NCBI GenBank assembly: GCA_963668025.2 | Contig: CAXXTH010000017.1 | Location: 672,001-736,000 of the forward strand | DNA: 64,000 nucleotides | DNA from: Candidatus Hydrogenedentota bacterium | GTDB taxonomy: Bacteria > Hydrogenedentota > Hydrogenedentia > Hydrogenedentales > SLHB01 | Reading direction: 5' to 3' | In this document: one piece after another, positions 1-9,505 of the stretch | Position numbering within the stretch: position 1 is the stretch's first letter | Layout of the letters: each line of letters opens with the position of its first letter | Position numbers and translations under genes: made by a program | Notes under the pieces: generated by a model | Databases searched by the model: none | Told to the model about the DNA's origin: nothing | Seen by the model: the letters and a program-made list of their open reading frames with translations, nothing else

Positions 1-6
1 TTCTAT

Positions 7-103
7 TGTGGACAACCTTCCGCCAGGAGGGCTCCGATATGCGATTTTCCCTTATTCCACCGCAAAAATCACGCAAAGCGGGCTGTGGATAACTTGTGGA
101 TAA
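7..103. promoter_or_regulatory. DnaA-box cluster (possible oriC or datA-like region edge)
   Basis: Perfect TGTGGATAA at 84-92 and 95-103 (11-bp period) and a 1-mismatch TGTGGACAA at 7-15, all in non-coding DNA. Confidence 0.65.
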
Positions 104-206
104 CTTGCTCATCCGCACACTCCGCAGAACTCGCAGTTTCCGCTTTTTTGGCCAGATAGTCAGGCACCTGCATTCCCTGATTCTCGAATGCCACGCGCGG
201 TGCGAA

Positions 207-1736
207 TCAATGTTGTGTGCCTGCCGCGCGGGCGGTCTTAATCGTATCAAGACGCGGAATAGAGTATGTGCCCATAATCATTTGATCCACCAAGCTCTGC
301 TCGGTGGCGTATTCCTGGGCATGCTCGACCGAGATGCTGCCTTTTCGATATAAGCGGTGCAAGTATTCCTCGAACAAGAACGAATGCGAGACCGATTGTT
401 GCATGCCGATGCGCATGGCGTCCGTATCACCTGCCACAATGGCGTCATTTATGGGTTTGATATCGTTGAACATGAATTCGAGCGCGGGAACCCGGCCGCC
501 GCCGACTCGAGGCACCAGGCGCTGGCAGATGACGCAGCGCATGCAGTCGCGCAATTGGAGCTTGACGAGGTCGCGCTCGACAGGATCGAAGAAGCTGATG
601 ATGCGGTTGACGACCTCGGACGCCGTGTTGGCGTGGAGCGTGCTGATGACGAGGTGGCCGGTGGCTGCGGCATTGATGGCGGCGCGAATGGTGTCGGGAT
701 CGCGCATTTCACCGATGACGATAACATCGGGGTCGTGGCGCAACGCGCCGGTGACCGCATCGCGGAAATCGATCACATCCTTGCCTGTATTGCGCTGGGA
801 GATCACGGCGCGTTTGTTCCGATGCACATACTCGATGGGATTTTCGATGGTTAAGATATGCACGTTCTTCGTGGAGTTGATCCAATCCACCAGGGCGGCG
901 ACGGTCGTGGATTTGCCGCTGCCCGTCATGCCGGTCACCAGCAAAAGCCCCCGGTGCATTTCGCCGAGTTTTTTCATAGTGTCCGTCGGGATATTGAGTT
1001 CTTCGAAGGAGGGTATGATTTCAGGAAGAAAGCGGAATGTGATATGCGGAGCGCCCTGCTTCATGAACGCGGAAACGCGGGAATATCCAAGGCCTACTTG
1101 GTGGAAATTAAAACTCGTCTGCATCGTCTCATGGAATTCTTTCCATTCGACTTCCGCCGTAATCCGCTGGATAAGGTCTAGGATTTGCACGGCGGAAATA
1201 TCGCCGATAAGTTCGGAATTGCGGATGTCGTTATCCACACGAAATACGGGAGGCTGGCCCGGGCATAGATGGACATCGCTTGCTTTATATTGGAGCATGG
1301 CCAAAAAGAGCAACTCGACGCTGATGGGTTCGACGCGATAATCTTCCCCATGCACGCGCCAGATTTCCGGGAGCGCCAAGGCGCTCGAGAACGTCTCGAT
1401 GGCGGCGCCAATGCGTTTTTCATCGGAAGCGTCTTTGCCTGCGCCAGGGCATTCGAATATGCGCCATTCGTTATCCGGCAGGAATGTGCAGACATCCGCA
1501 TACTGTTCCACGATGGGCTTTAGCTGTTCATCTAGTTCTTTGCTGGCCAGGACGCGCAACTGGTACCACTCGAATGGCCCCTTGAATTGTGGCCGGGTGG
1601 CGGTGATCTCCGCAGTAGCGCCGTGTGCGATGATTTTGCGTGGAAAGCCTTCCACCTTGCCCAATATCTCGAGGCTAAGGGAGATAATCTCCCGGACGCT
1701 TTTCTTGGTTCCCATGCCGAGAATATGCTCTGCCAT
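207..1736 (-). CDS. pilT: PilT/PilU family type IV pilus retraction ATPase with ~140-aa N-terminal extension
   Basis: ASDVHL, Walker A GMTGSGKST, TIENPIE, ALRHDPDVIVIGEMRD, TGHLVISTLH motifs; GGAGG RBS. Confidence 0.85.
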   Translation of the reverse strand: MAEHILGMGTKKSVREIISLSLEILGKVEGFPRKIIAHGATAEITATRPQFKGPFEWYQLRVLASKELDEQLKPIVEQYADVCTFLPDNEWRIFECPGAGKDASDEKRIGAAIETFSSALALPEIWRVHGEDYRVEPISVELLFLAMLQYKASDVHLCPGQPPVFRVDNDIRNSELIGDISAVQILDLIQRITAEVEWKEFHETMQTSFNFHQVGLGYSRVSAFMKQGAPHITFRFLPEIIPSFEELNIPTDTMKKLGEMHRGLLLVTGMTGSGKSTTVAALVDWINSTKNVHILTIENPIEYVHRNKRAVISQRNTGKDVIDFRDAVTGALRHDPDVIVIGEMRDPDTIRAAINAAATGHLVISTLHANTASEVVNRIISFFDPVERDLVKLQLRDCMRCVICQRLVPRVGGGRVPALEFMFNDIKPINDAIVAGDTDAMRIGMQQSVSHSFLFEEYLHRLYRKGSISVEHAQEYATEQSLVDQMIMGTYSIPRLDTIKTARAAGTQH

Positions 1737-1785
1737 CGCGCCTCCCCTTTTGCAGCCTCGCTCGCGCCCTATCGAACATTACCCA

Positions 1786-4353
1786 TTACTTCTTAATCGT
1801 AACCTTCTCTCCCACCTTGATGACATGCTTCTTATCCCAGGCGTTCCACTGGGTCAAATCGGCTACTTTAACTCCATACTGCTTGGCGATGCCCGAGGGC
1901 GTGTCGCCAGCGGCTACGATATGAACCGCGGAAGCGGGAGAGGCCTCTGCCTTGCTTGGTTCTGCCTTGCTTGGTTCTGCCTTGCTTGGTTCTGCCTTGC
2001 TTGGTTCTGCCTTGCTTGGTTCCGCCTTGCTTGGTTCCGCCTTGCTTGGTTCCGCCTTGCTTGGTTCCGCTGCGGGCGCTGTTTCGGAAGCGCCGCCCTG
2101 AAGGGCATATGCATCTCCTACTTTGAGCACTTTCTTGGCGTCCCAGCCATTCCACTTACAGAGGTCTTCGACGCTTACGCCATGCTTCTTCGCAATGGTC
2201 CACGCGCTTTCACCCGAGGCAACCTGGAAAGCCCCTTCTTTCTTCGATACGGGTTCCGCTTTTTCTTTCTTCTCCGGTTCTTGCGCCGCAGGCGAAGCCG
2301 CCGATTTCGGATCAGAAACGTAATACTCTTTGCCTGCTTGGATGTTCGAGGAACGGGCCAGCCCGTTCCAAGCCAAAAAGTCGGAGGTTTTGATGTTGTA
2401 TTTTTGCGCGATGCAGCCCGGAGTCTCTCCGGAAGCGACTTTGTGCATCTGGGTGGATGAAGATGAAGCGGGAGTCGATTTCTCGACGGAAGCCGTTTGT
2501 ATCTCGTCCGGTTTAGGTGTTTCGGGTGCGGCGGCAGGAGCCGCATACACCACCAGTTTATCGTTCGCCCGAATGACGGATTTATTGGTCATGTTGTTCC
2601 ATTTGAGCAACTCATCCACGGATACGCCATATTTCGCGGCAATGGTGCCGGGGAATTCGCCTGCTTTCACGACATGCAACCGCTTTTCTTGCCCGGCGGA
2701 AGCGGATTTTTTCTCTTGCGTATCGCTTGGAGGGGCGACGCGCAATTCCTGGTTCACTTGGATATTGTGATCATCCAAGCCATTCCATTGCTTCAGGTCG
2801 CCCGTGGAAATATCGTATTTATCGGCAATTTTGGAAAGGGTGTCGCCTTTTCGGACCTGATGGATATCCACGCCTTTTGCGGAAGCCAGCTCGACTTCTT
2901 CGGGGGCATCGCCATCTTTCCCCGGGATTGTGAGCGTTTTGCCTGCCGCCAGATTCTTTGACGAACGCAATTGATTGGTTTTCATCAAATCTTTGAGCGG
3001 CACACGGAACCGGGAGGCGATGCCGGCCAGCGTGTCTCCCCGGCGCACTTTGTACTTCATGGTCGATTGGGTCGAACGGCTTGTGGTGACGCTCGATTCG
3101 TCGTCAATCGAAGCCAGCGCGACGCCGCCGCGTTCTTCGGGGATTTCACTCAATGCGGTAATCAGGCGTGCATTCGCCTCTCCCGGAACCGCCAGGGCGA
3201 ATTCGCCCGAAGGGGGAGTCACGCCGCGTACGAGATCCGGGTTGAGGCTTTTCAGGGTGTCATCGGGAAGCCCGCACGCCTTTTCGAGCTTGGCGAGGGA
3301 ATACATGCCTTTGACCGGCACGCGGAGATATTGATCGGGCGGCTGGGGATTGACCTCGAAACCGTAGCGTTCTGGGCTGCTCGCCACTACGACGCTAGCC
3401 ACCAGCTTGGGGAAAAATTTTTGCGTCTCGCGCTGCATCCGGTCGGCGGCGGGGCCCTCGAGGATCTTCCACAAATCCTTCTCCCCTCCCGCCATGGCGA
3501 CGGTGCGCTCCATGCCGTATTCGCCGCAATTGTAAGCCGAAATGGCCAGCGGCCACTCGCCAAACATCTGGTATAAGTCTTTCAGATAGGTGACCGCCGC
3601 ATCGGTGGCTTTTTCCCAATTCCGGCGCTCATCCACATAATTATCGACACGCAAGCCGTAGCGGCGTCCGGTGGCGGGCATAAATTGCCACATGCCCACC
3701 GCGCCTGCGGTAGACTTTGCTTGATTCTTAAATTGGCTTTCGACCATGGCCAGCCAGACTAAGTCTTGCGGCAGACCGGCCTCGGCCAGTTTATGGCGCA
3801 CCATGGGCGCATATTTGAAGCTGCGATCAAGACCTGATTGATATCCATTCCGATAGACTTCTTGGATCTCTTCGATCTCGGCGATAATGCGTTCGTTCAG
3901 TGGAAATGGAATCGGCAGATCCCCCACCACGCCCGTGTCGGACATGGCGACATCGCTATATTCACGAGGGCGGCCTTTTTCGAGAATATAGGCCTGCTGC
4001 GTCGTGTTATCTAGTATGCGGCCGAATTCGTTACGCAGATTATAAAAAATGACGGGATCAGGATCGGCCTCGATGAGGAGCTCGAGCATCTGCTTGTAGT
4101 TGCGCAAAGCGGCTTCGGTATCCCCGGATTCCTGGGCTTTATTGCCTTCCTGGAAGGCCCGGTCGGCAGCGCGCAACAGCTCCGTGGTGGAACGAGGCTT
4201 TGCGGGTTCTAAATTGGCTGTTTTAACTTGAGGAGTTGGAAGTGGAGTGAAACGGTGTGTCTTGGCTTGCTGAGGGGTCGAGGCGCAACCGGCCACGGCG
4301 ATAATAGACCCCACGGCAAACAGACGAGTGCATAATCCGAATACGCTCTTCAC
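1786..4353 (-). CDS. MltD-like membrane-bound lytic murein transglycosylase lipoprotein (SLT domain + six LysM)
   Basis: Lipobox VAGC; SLT motifs MVESQF, AVGMWQFM, AYNCGE; six V..G(D/E)(T/S/F)...IA LysM repeats; GTG start with GGAGG. Confidence 0.9.
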   Translation of the reverse strand: MKSVFGLCTRLFAVGSIIAVAGCASTPQQAKTHRFTPLPTPQVKTANLEPAKPRSTTELLRAADRAFQEGNKAQESGDTEAALRNYKQMLELLIEADPDPVIFYNLRNEFGRILDNTTQQAYILEKGRPREYSDVAMSDTGVVGDLPIPFPLNERIIAEIEEIQEVYRNGYQSGLDRSFKYAPMVRHKLAEAGLPQDLVWLAMVESQFKNQAKSTAGAVGMWQFMPATGRRYGLRVDNYVDERRNWEKATDAAVTYLKDLYQMFGEWPLAISAYNCGEYGMERTVAMAGGEKDLWKILEGPAADRMQRETQKFFPKLVASVVVASSPERYGFEVNPQPPDQYLRVPVKGMYSLAKLEKACGLPDDTLKSLNPDLVRGVTPPSGEFALAVPGEANARLITALSEIPEERGGVALASIDDESSVTTSRSTQSTMKYKVRRGDTLAGIASRFRVPLKDLMKTNQLRSSKNLAAGKTLTIPGKDGDAPEEVELASAKGVDIHQVRKGDTLSKIADKYDISTGDLKQWNGLDDHNIQVNQELRVAPPSDTQEKKSASAGQEKRLHVVKAGEFPGTIAAKYGVSVDELLKWNNMTNKSVIRANDKLVVYAAPAAAPETPKPDEIQTASVEKSTPASSSSTQMHKVASGETPGCIAQKYNIKTSDFLAWNGLARSSNIQAGKEYYVSDPKSAASPAAQEPEKKEKAEPVSKKEGAFQVASGESAWTIAKKHGVSVEDLCKWNGWDAKKVLKVGDAYALQGGASETAPAAEPSKAEPSKAEPSKAEPSKAEPSKAEPSKAEPSKAEPSKAEASPASAVHIVAAGDTPSGIAKQYGVKVADLTQWNAWDKKHVIKVGEKVTIKK
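1946..2070. repeat. 15-bp coding tandem repeat (VNTR), 8 full units encoding AEPSK
   Basis: (TCTGCCTTGCTTGGT)x5 then (TCCGCCTTGCTTGGT)x3 plus a partial unit. Confidence 0.97.
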
Positions 4354-4592
4354 TGGGCAAATACCTCCCGAAACGCTACAGGCTCTTGTGTTCTGTTGTC
4401 AGAAACAACAAGATGTTCCTGATTACGTAGTGTAAACATCAATCTGTGGTGTGTCAAGGATTATCCCTGCTAGATGCGGTATATGACACACTCGTGGACC
4501 CCCGTGCGCGGTCCATTATGAACCCCAACTACGGTATATAACGCTTATTACACGTAAAAAAGCGACTTCCCCTTTTCCTCCAAAACGTATGT

Positions 4593-5471
4593 TTACTTAG
4601 GCGCTTTCATGCGCCATATAGCAGACTTGCCTTCAGCTCCTTGCCGTTTCGTAAAATAAATGTAGTCCTCCCGGCTCCAGGAGGGTTGCATTTCATCCGC
4701 CGGGTCCGCTGTCAATTGGCGCACGCTACCGCCCGTGGCGTCCATCACGTACAAGTCTAAATTGCCTGTGCGTTTCGTGGCAAAAATAATCTGGCTGCCA
4801 TCTGGGGAAAAACTGGGATTGATGTCGTCGCCCGGGCTGGAGGTGAGCTGGGTTTGCATGCTGCCGTCGGCATTCATGATCCATATTTCATTATCTTTGG
4901 TGCGGCGCGATACGAATACAATTCTTTTGCCGTCGGGACTGAACCGAGGTTCATCCCCATCCGCCAAAATAATGCCCGGAGCCAGCGACGCATCGTCCTG
5001 GAATACGATGCGCATATCATGGCGTATCAAGTTGCGGGCCACGGCGCGGGCAAAGAGGAGGCCTTTGCCCTTGGGCGCATAGGAGGGAAACTCCTCCATG
5101 CCTTTTTGGTCTGAAAGCTGAAGGTATCCCGAACGGCCCTTGGCGCTCACCTCGTATATATCGCCGCCGCCTGTGCGTTTGGAGGAAAAGAGGATCTTCG
5201 AGTTATCCGGCGACCAACTGGGATAGCGGTCGTCTTTTGGGCTTTCCGTCACTTGATAGGTGCCGCCGGTCCGATAGTCAAAGATATAGATGTCGTGATT
5301 GCCTGTCTGGTCGCTCGCAAAAGCCAGCATATTTCCATCCGGCGAGATCATGGGGTCCACCTCGCGGTGTACGCCCGATGTCATTTGCCGGGGCTCCTGG
5401 CCCAAGGCGTGGATGGAGCACAGTAAGCCGCCTATCATAGCGGCTATAAAAACGTATGGCGCTCGGTTCAT
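4593..5471 (-). CDS. Secreted TolB-like beta-propeller (PD40 repeats)
   Basis: Signal peptide; repeated P.(W/F)SPDG..(I/L).F motifs. Confidence 0.85.
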   Translation of the reverse strand: MNRAPYVFIAAMIGGLLCSIHALGQEPRQMTSGVHREVDPMISPDGNMLAFASDQTGNHDIYIFDYRTGGTYQVTESPKDDRYPSWSPDNSKILFSSKRTGGGDIYEVSAKGRSGYLQLSDQKGMEEFPSYAPKGKGLLFARAVARNLIRHDMRIVFQDDASLAPGIILADGDEPRFSPDGKRIVFVSRRTKDNEIWIMNADGSMQTQLTSSPGDDINPSFSPDGSQIIFATKRTGNLDLYVMDATGGSVRQLTADPADEMQPSWSREDYIYFTKRQGAEGKSAIWRMKAPK

Positions 5472-5852
5472 GACAGCCCTCCGATCTTCAGGCCGGATAC
5501 TTCATCAACTTAAGAGGGTAGCAAGCAAGCGCTTCTCTGTCAAGCTTTCCTTTCGAGAAAAATCTTGCCGTGCGTGCGGCGCCATCTGCACGTGCGGTGT
5601 CCTCATTGCATTCACCCGCTGGATACAGAAACCGCATGGGCGTATCGAGCAAGCAGCGCAGGCTCGATGGCCGTTTTTTTGGGGGCGGTATGGCCATGCG
5701 CTGATTAGCCAAGTGGAGAACAACAAAAAGGCGGTTGATGAAACGCATGTAACGTTGCGCAACTATGCAAATTTGCAAGTCCGAATGGAACGCTAATCAG
5801 AAAAAATAATATAAATCTTTATAAAAAAAGACGTTATATAAAATATGGTTCG

Positions 5853-5868
5853 TGGCACAACATTTGCT
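5853..5868 (+). promoter_or_regulatory. sigma54 (-24/-12) promoter
   Basis: TGGCACAACATTTGCT matches TGGCAC-N5-TTGC exactly; AT-rich tract directly upstream. Confidence 0.85.
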
Positions 5869-5879
5869 TACTTACCGGT

Positions 5880-6036
5880 AGGGTAGAATAGTTGTCCCTC
5901 CCTCTCCTCGTTCTAGGAGCCAGCCCCCCTGATGGCTTCTAGGCAAGTGAGCGCAAGCTTGCTTTTTGGAGAGTTCTTGAGCCAGGCGGGGTACGCCTCG
6001 ATGTTATCGAGCGATACCCCGCCTTGGTTCTTATAT
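5880..6036 (+). ncRNA. Candidate sigma54-dependent small RNA (anti-SD C/U tract + three hairpins)
   Basis: Begins at expected sigma54 +1; no credible ORF; CCCTCCCTCTCCTC at 5896-5909; hairpins CTAGGAGCCA/TGGCTTCTAG, AAGTGAGC-GCAA-GCTTGCTT, GAGCCAGGCGGGGTA/TACCCCGCCTTGGTTC. Confidence 0.55.
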
Positions 6037-6175
6037 GGACCCGCCAATACGTAACGTTACATGTGTTGCGCAACGCTTCTGAACGTTACCTCTCATTTGA
6101 CGTCTTCTCCTACTTTCAAAAGGCTACACTCGTAAATCCTTATAAAAAAGCGTTTTACGTATCAATATGCCGGAT

Positions 6176-6191
6176 TGGCACACATCATGCT
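6176..6191 (+). promoter_or_regulatory. sigma54 promoter for the thioredoxin-MMPL operon
   Basis: TGGCACACATCATGCT, GG-N10-GC spacing, ~45 bp upstream of the start codon. Confidence 0.7.
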
Positions 6192-6237
6192 TTAGTTATA
6201 TTGAAAGCCGGATACCAACTCGATGTATAGGTGAAAT

Positions 6238-6558
6238 GTGTTGCTTCTTGAGGAATGGACGGAAACCATATTGGCGCGCATGTTGTGCGAGCCTCGGTTG
6301 GTAATGGTGGAATTTTTCGCCCACTGGTGCGCGCAAAGCGCGGCGCAAGAGCCGGTCATGCGCGCGCTGGCCCAGAAGTGGAGCGGGCAAAGCGTTTTCG
6401 GTCGGGTAGAGGTCGAACGCTGGCCCGGGGCGATGGAGCGCCACCATGTATCGAGCATTCCGACATTGATTATTTTTAAAAACGGGGAAGAGTTGAGCCG
6501 GTTTGTCGGCGTTCAGCCCCAAGACACGCTGGAGGCCGCATTACGGTCTTGCATGTGA
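6238..6558 (+). CDS. Thioredoxin-like protein with atypical WCAQS (CxxS) active site
   Basis: VEFFAHWCAQS, VSSIPTLIIFKNG, RFVG thioredoxin fold motifs; 106 aa. Confidence 0.8.
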   Translation: MLLLEEWTETILARMLCEPRLVMVEFFAHWCAQSAAQEPVMRALAQKWSGQSVFGRVEVERWPGAMERHHVSSIPTLIIFKNGEELSRFVGVQPQDTLEAALRSCM

Positions 6559-6619
6559 ACCAACTGGCGGATAGGGCAGCATCGCCTTTCGGGCGAGCCA
6601 TCCAAGAAGGAGAGTGAAC

Positions 6620-9457
6620 ATGAAATTCAGCGACCGTATCGTTGAAGCGTCTGTAGACAGGCCCGTGCTAGTGACTGCGGGCATGGTGCTGCTCACACTG
6701 GCGCTGGCGCTGCTGGCGGCATTGCCATCGCTGGCCCCCCAGACATTTTCGATGCTGTATCCGCTCAAGGTCGATACGGACCCGGAGAACATGCTCAGCA
6801 AGAGCGAACCGGTGCGGATTTTCCACGAACAGATGCGCGAAGCGTTGAGCCTGTACGACATGGTGGTGCTGGGCGTCGTCAACGAGAAGGATCCGAACGG
6901 CGTGTTCACGCCGGCATCGCTGGGGCGCATTTATGAGCTGGCCCAATATGCCAAGACTTTGCGGGGCGAGGCGCTGGGCGTGAAAGATCCCGATGCGGGC
7001 GTCATAGAAGTGGATGTGATCGCCCCTTCGACCGTGGACAATATCGAGCAGGGCGGGCCGGGGGAAGTGAAATTCGAGTGGCTGATGCCACAGCCTCCAA
7101 AAACCGAGGAAGAGGCCGTGGCCGTGCGGACGAAAGCGCAGCGAGTCCCGTTTCTCGATGGCACACTGGTCTCGGAAGACGGCAAAGCCCTTTGCCTGTA
7201 TCTGCCGCTCACCTCCAAGGACCTTAGTTACAAGGTCTACCGGAAGCTGAACGCGAAGATTGACGAGATCAAGGCGCGGAACACCGTTCTTGGCGATGAG
7301 GAGCAATACTATATCACCGGCCTGCCGGTGGCGGAGGATACGTTCGGGGTCGAGATGTTCATCCAGATGGCGATCTCGGCCCCCACTGCCATGCTGGTTA
7401 TTTTTTTGCTGATGCTATATTTCTTCCGCAAGCTGGCGCTGATCATCGCGCCAATGATTTTGGCGGTGGTATCGTGCATTATCACGATGGGACTGCTGAT
7501 CGCCACGGGCAACACGATCCATATCATGAGTTCGATGATCCCGATTTTTATCATGCCCATCGCGGTGCTGGACTCGATCCATATCTTGTCGGAGTTTTTC
7601 GACCACTATCAGCGAACACGCGACCGGCGCAAGACCATCATCGAGGTCATGCGATCATTATATACGCCCATGCTGTACACCTCGCTGACTTCGATGGCGG
7701 GCTTCGCATCGCTGGCGCTGACACCCATTCCGCCGGTGCAGGTGTTTGGCCTCTATGTGGCCTTCGGCATCATGATCGCCTGGGTTTTCACCGTGACCTT
7801 CATCCCGGCGTACGTCATGTTCATCCCAGAGCGGCGGCTGCAAAACTTCGGCACCGCCCACGTGGAAGGCGAAGACACCCATGCCAAGACCTTCGTGGGG
7901 CGGCTCCTGCATGGAGCGGGGGAATTCACCTATAACCATGCCAAACTTATTATTGGCGCGAGCGCCGTGATCGCGGCCGTAGCCATCTATGGCATCAGCT
8001 TGATCCATGTCAACGACAATCCGACGAAATGGTTCCGCGCCTCGCATCCCATCCGCGTGGCTGACCGGGTATTGAACGCCCACTTCGGCGGCACATATAT
8101 GGCGTATCTGGCGCTGTTTCCTCAAGGGGAATCCGTGGAGGACATTTTAGCGAATCCGCAAAAGCCTATGGCGGATACCAAAACCACACCCGCAAAGGCG
8201 GAGCCTTCCGTGCCGCAATTGCCGGGCGGCTTAGGCGGCGCATCGGAAATGCCCGCTTTGCCGGGCGGACTCGGAGGCGCGCAGGAAAGCGCCGCACCCA
8301 CGCCTGCACCCTCGGCCACACCCGCAAAGGCGGAAATATTTAAAAATCCAGAAGTGCTCCGGTATATGAACGAGCTCCAACAGTCCATGCTGGATTCGGG
8401 GATGGTGGGCAAATCGAATTCGCTGGCGGATATCGTGAAAACGGTCCACCGGGAATTGATCGACGGCAAACCGGAATCATTCCGCGTGCCGGAGACCTCG
8501 AGCGGCGTGGCGCAATGCCTGCTGCAATATCAAAGCAGCCATCGCCCCAACGACTTGTGGCACTTCACCACGCCCGATTACCGCGTCTCGAGCATTTGGG
8601 TGCAACTCCAAAGCGGAGATAACCTGGATATGCAAAAAGTCGTGGCAGTGGTGGCAGATTATATGAAAGCGCATCCGCCTGTCTTCACCATTGATGGCCA
8701 GCAAGTAGCGCTGCGCGGTGAATGGTTCGGCTCGACTTATATCAATGTCATTTGGCAGGAGAAAATGGTCAAGGGCATGCTCACTACGTTCCTGGGCAGT
8801 TTCCTGGTCGTGCTGCTCATGATGATCATCCTGTTCCGGTCGGGCCTATGGGGGATCCTGTCCATGATACCGCTCACGATCACGATCGGGTTGATCTACA
8901 GCGTCATCGGCTTCATTGGAAAAGACTATGATATGCCGGTGGCCGTGCTGTCGTCGCTGACGCTCGGGCTTGCGGTGGATTTCGCCATTCACTTTCTTGT
9001 GCGGGCGCGCGCCCTCTACGCCGAACATGGAAGCTGGGAAGCCACGCACGCCCACGCCTTCGGCGAACCGGCCCGGGCCATCACGCGCAACATCATTGTG
9101 ATCGCCGTAGGATTCCTGCCGCTGCTCCTGGCGCCGCTGGTGCCGTATAACACCGTGGGAATTTTTCTTGCGGCGATTTTGTCGGTCTCGGGTGTAGGCA
9201 CGTTGTTGCTGTTGCCCGCCTTGGTGCGCGTATTCGAGCCCTTGCTGTTCCCGAAGAGCCGTGTAGCGGGAATCACGTGCCGCTGCGGCACATGCATGCT
9301 TACGGCGGTAGTCGCGGTGGGGACGGTTTGGGTCAACGTGGTGCAGTTTTTAACAAAAGGCGTGACCACGTTTACGATAGCCTCGATCATCGCTGTCCCC
9401 GTGCTGTTGCTGGTTTGTTTCGTGGCGGGACGCCGTTCGAGCTGCAAGACGCCATGA
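6620..9457 (+). CDS. MMPL/RND (HAE3-like) family transporter
   Basis: Two hydrophobic halves with PIAVLDSIH and GLAVDFAIH motifs and large periplasmic loops; AAGGAG RBS. Confidence 0.9.
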   Translation: MKFSDRIVEASVDRPVLVTAGMVLLTLALALLAALPSLAPQTFSMLYPLKVDTDPENMLSKSEPVRIFHEQMREALSLYDMVVLGVVNEKDPNGVFTPASLGRIYELAQYAKTLRGEALGVKDPDAGVIEVDVIAPSTVDNIEQGGPGEVKFEWLMPQPPKTEEEAVAVRTKAQRVPFLDGTLVSEDGKALCLYLPLTSKDLSYKVYRKLNAKIDEIKARNTVLGDEEQYYITGLPVAEDTFGVEMFIQMAISAPTAMLVIFLLMLYFFRKLALIIAPMILAVVSCIITMGLLIATGNTIHIMSSMIPIFIMPIAVLDSIHILSEFFDHYQRTRDRRKTIIEVMRSLYTPMLYTSLTSMAGFASLALTPIPPVQVFGLYVAFGIMIAWVFTVTFIPAYVMFIPERRLQNFGTAHVEGEDTHAKTFVGRLLHGAGEFTYNHAKLIIGASAVIAAVAIYGISLIHVNDNPTKWFRASHPIRVADRVLNAHFGGTYMAYLALFPQGESVEDILANPQKPMADTKTTPAKAEPSVPQLPGGLGGASEMPALPGGLGGAQESAAPTPAPSATPAKAEIFKNPEVLRYMNELQQSMLDSGMVGKSNSLADIVKTVHRELIDGKPESFRVPETSSGVAQCLLQYQSSHRPNDLWHFTTPDYRVSSIWVQLQSGDNLDMQKVVAVVADYMKAHPPVFTIDGQQVALRGEWFGSTYINVIWQEKMVKGMLTTFLGSFLVVLLMMIILFRSGLWGILSMIPLTITIGLIYSVIGFIGKDYDMPVAVLSSLTLGLAVDFAIHFLVRARALYAEHGSWEATHAHAFGEPARAITRNIIVIAVGFLPLLLAPLVPYNTVGIFLAAILSVSGVGTLLLLPALVRVFEPLLFPKSRVAGITCRCGTCMLTAVVAVGTVWVNVVQFLTKGVTTFTIASIIAVPVLLLVCFVAGRRSSCKTP

Positions 9458-9505
9458 CATGGATTTTTGAATCACGTAATACATAGCGCGACATGGCCGC
9501 AACCA

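Noticed and set aside
304-1341. Long antisense ORFs (here and opposite NRPS, PKS, LolA-like, transposase and HtrA genes)
   Set aside because: Expected shadow frames of high-GC coding sequence with no motifs or RBS.
1946-2070. Possible CRISPR array or alternative-frame repeat proteins (CLAWF, NQARQ, TKQGG ORFs)
   Set aside because: Contiguous 15-bp units with no spacers; in frame as AEPSK in the transglycosylase; other frames are shadows.
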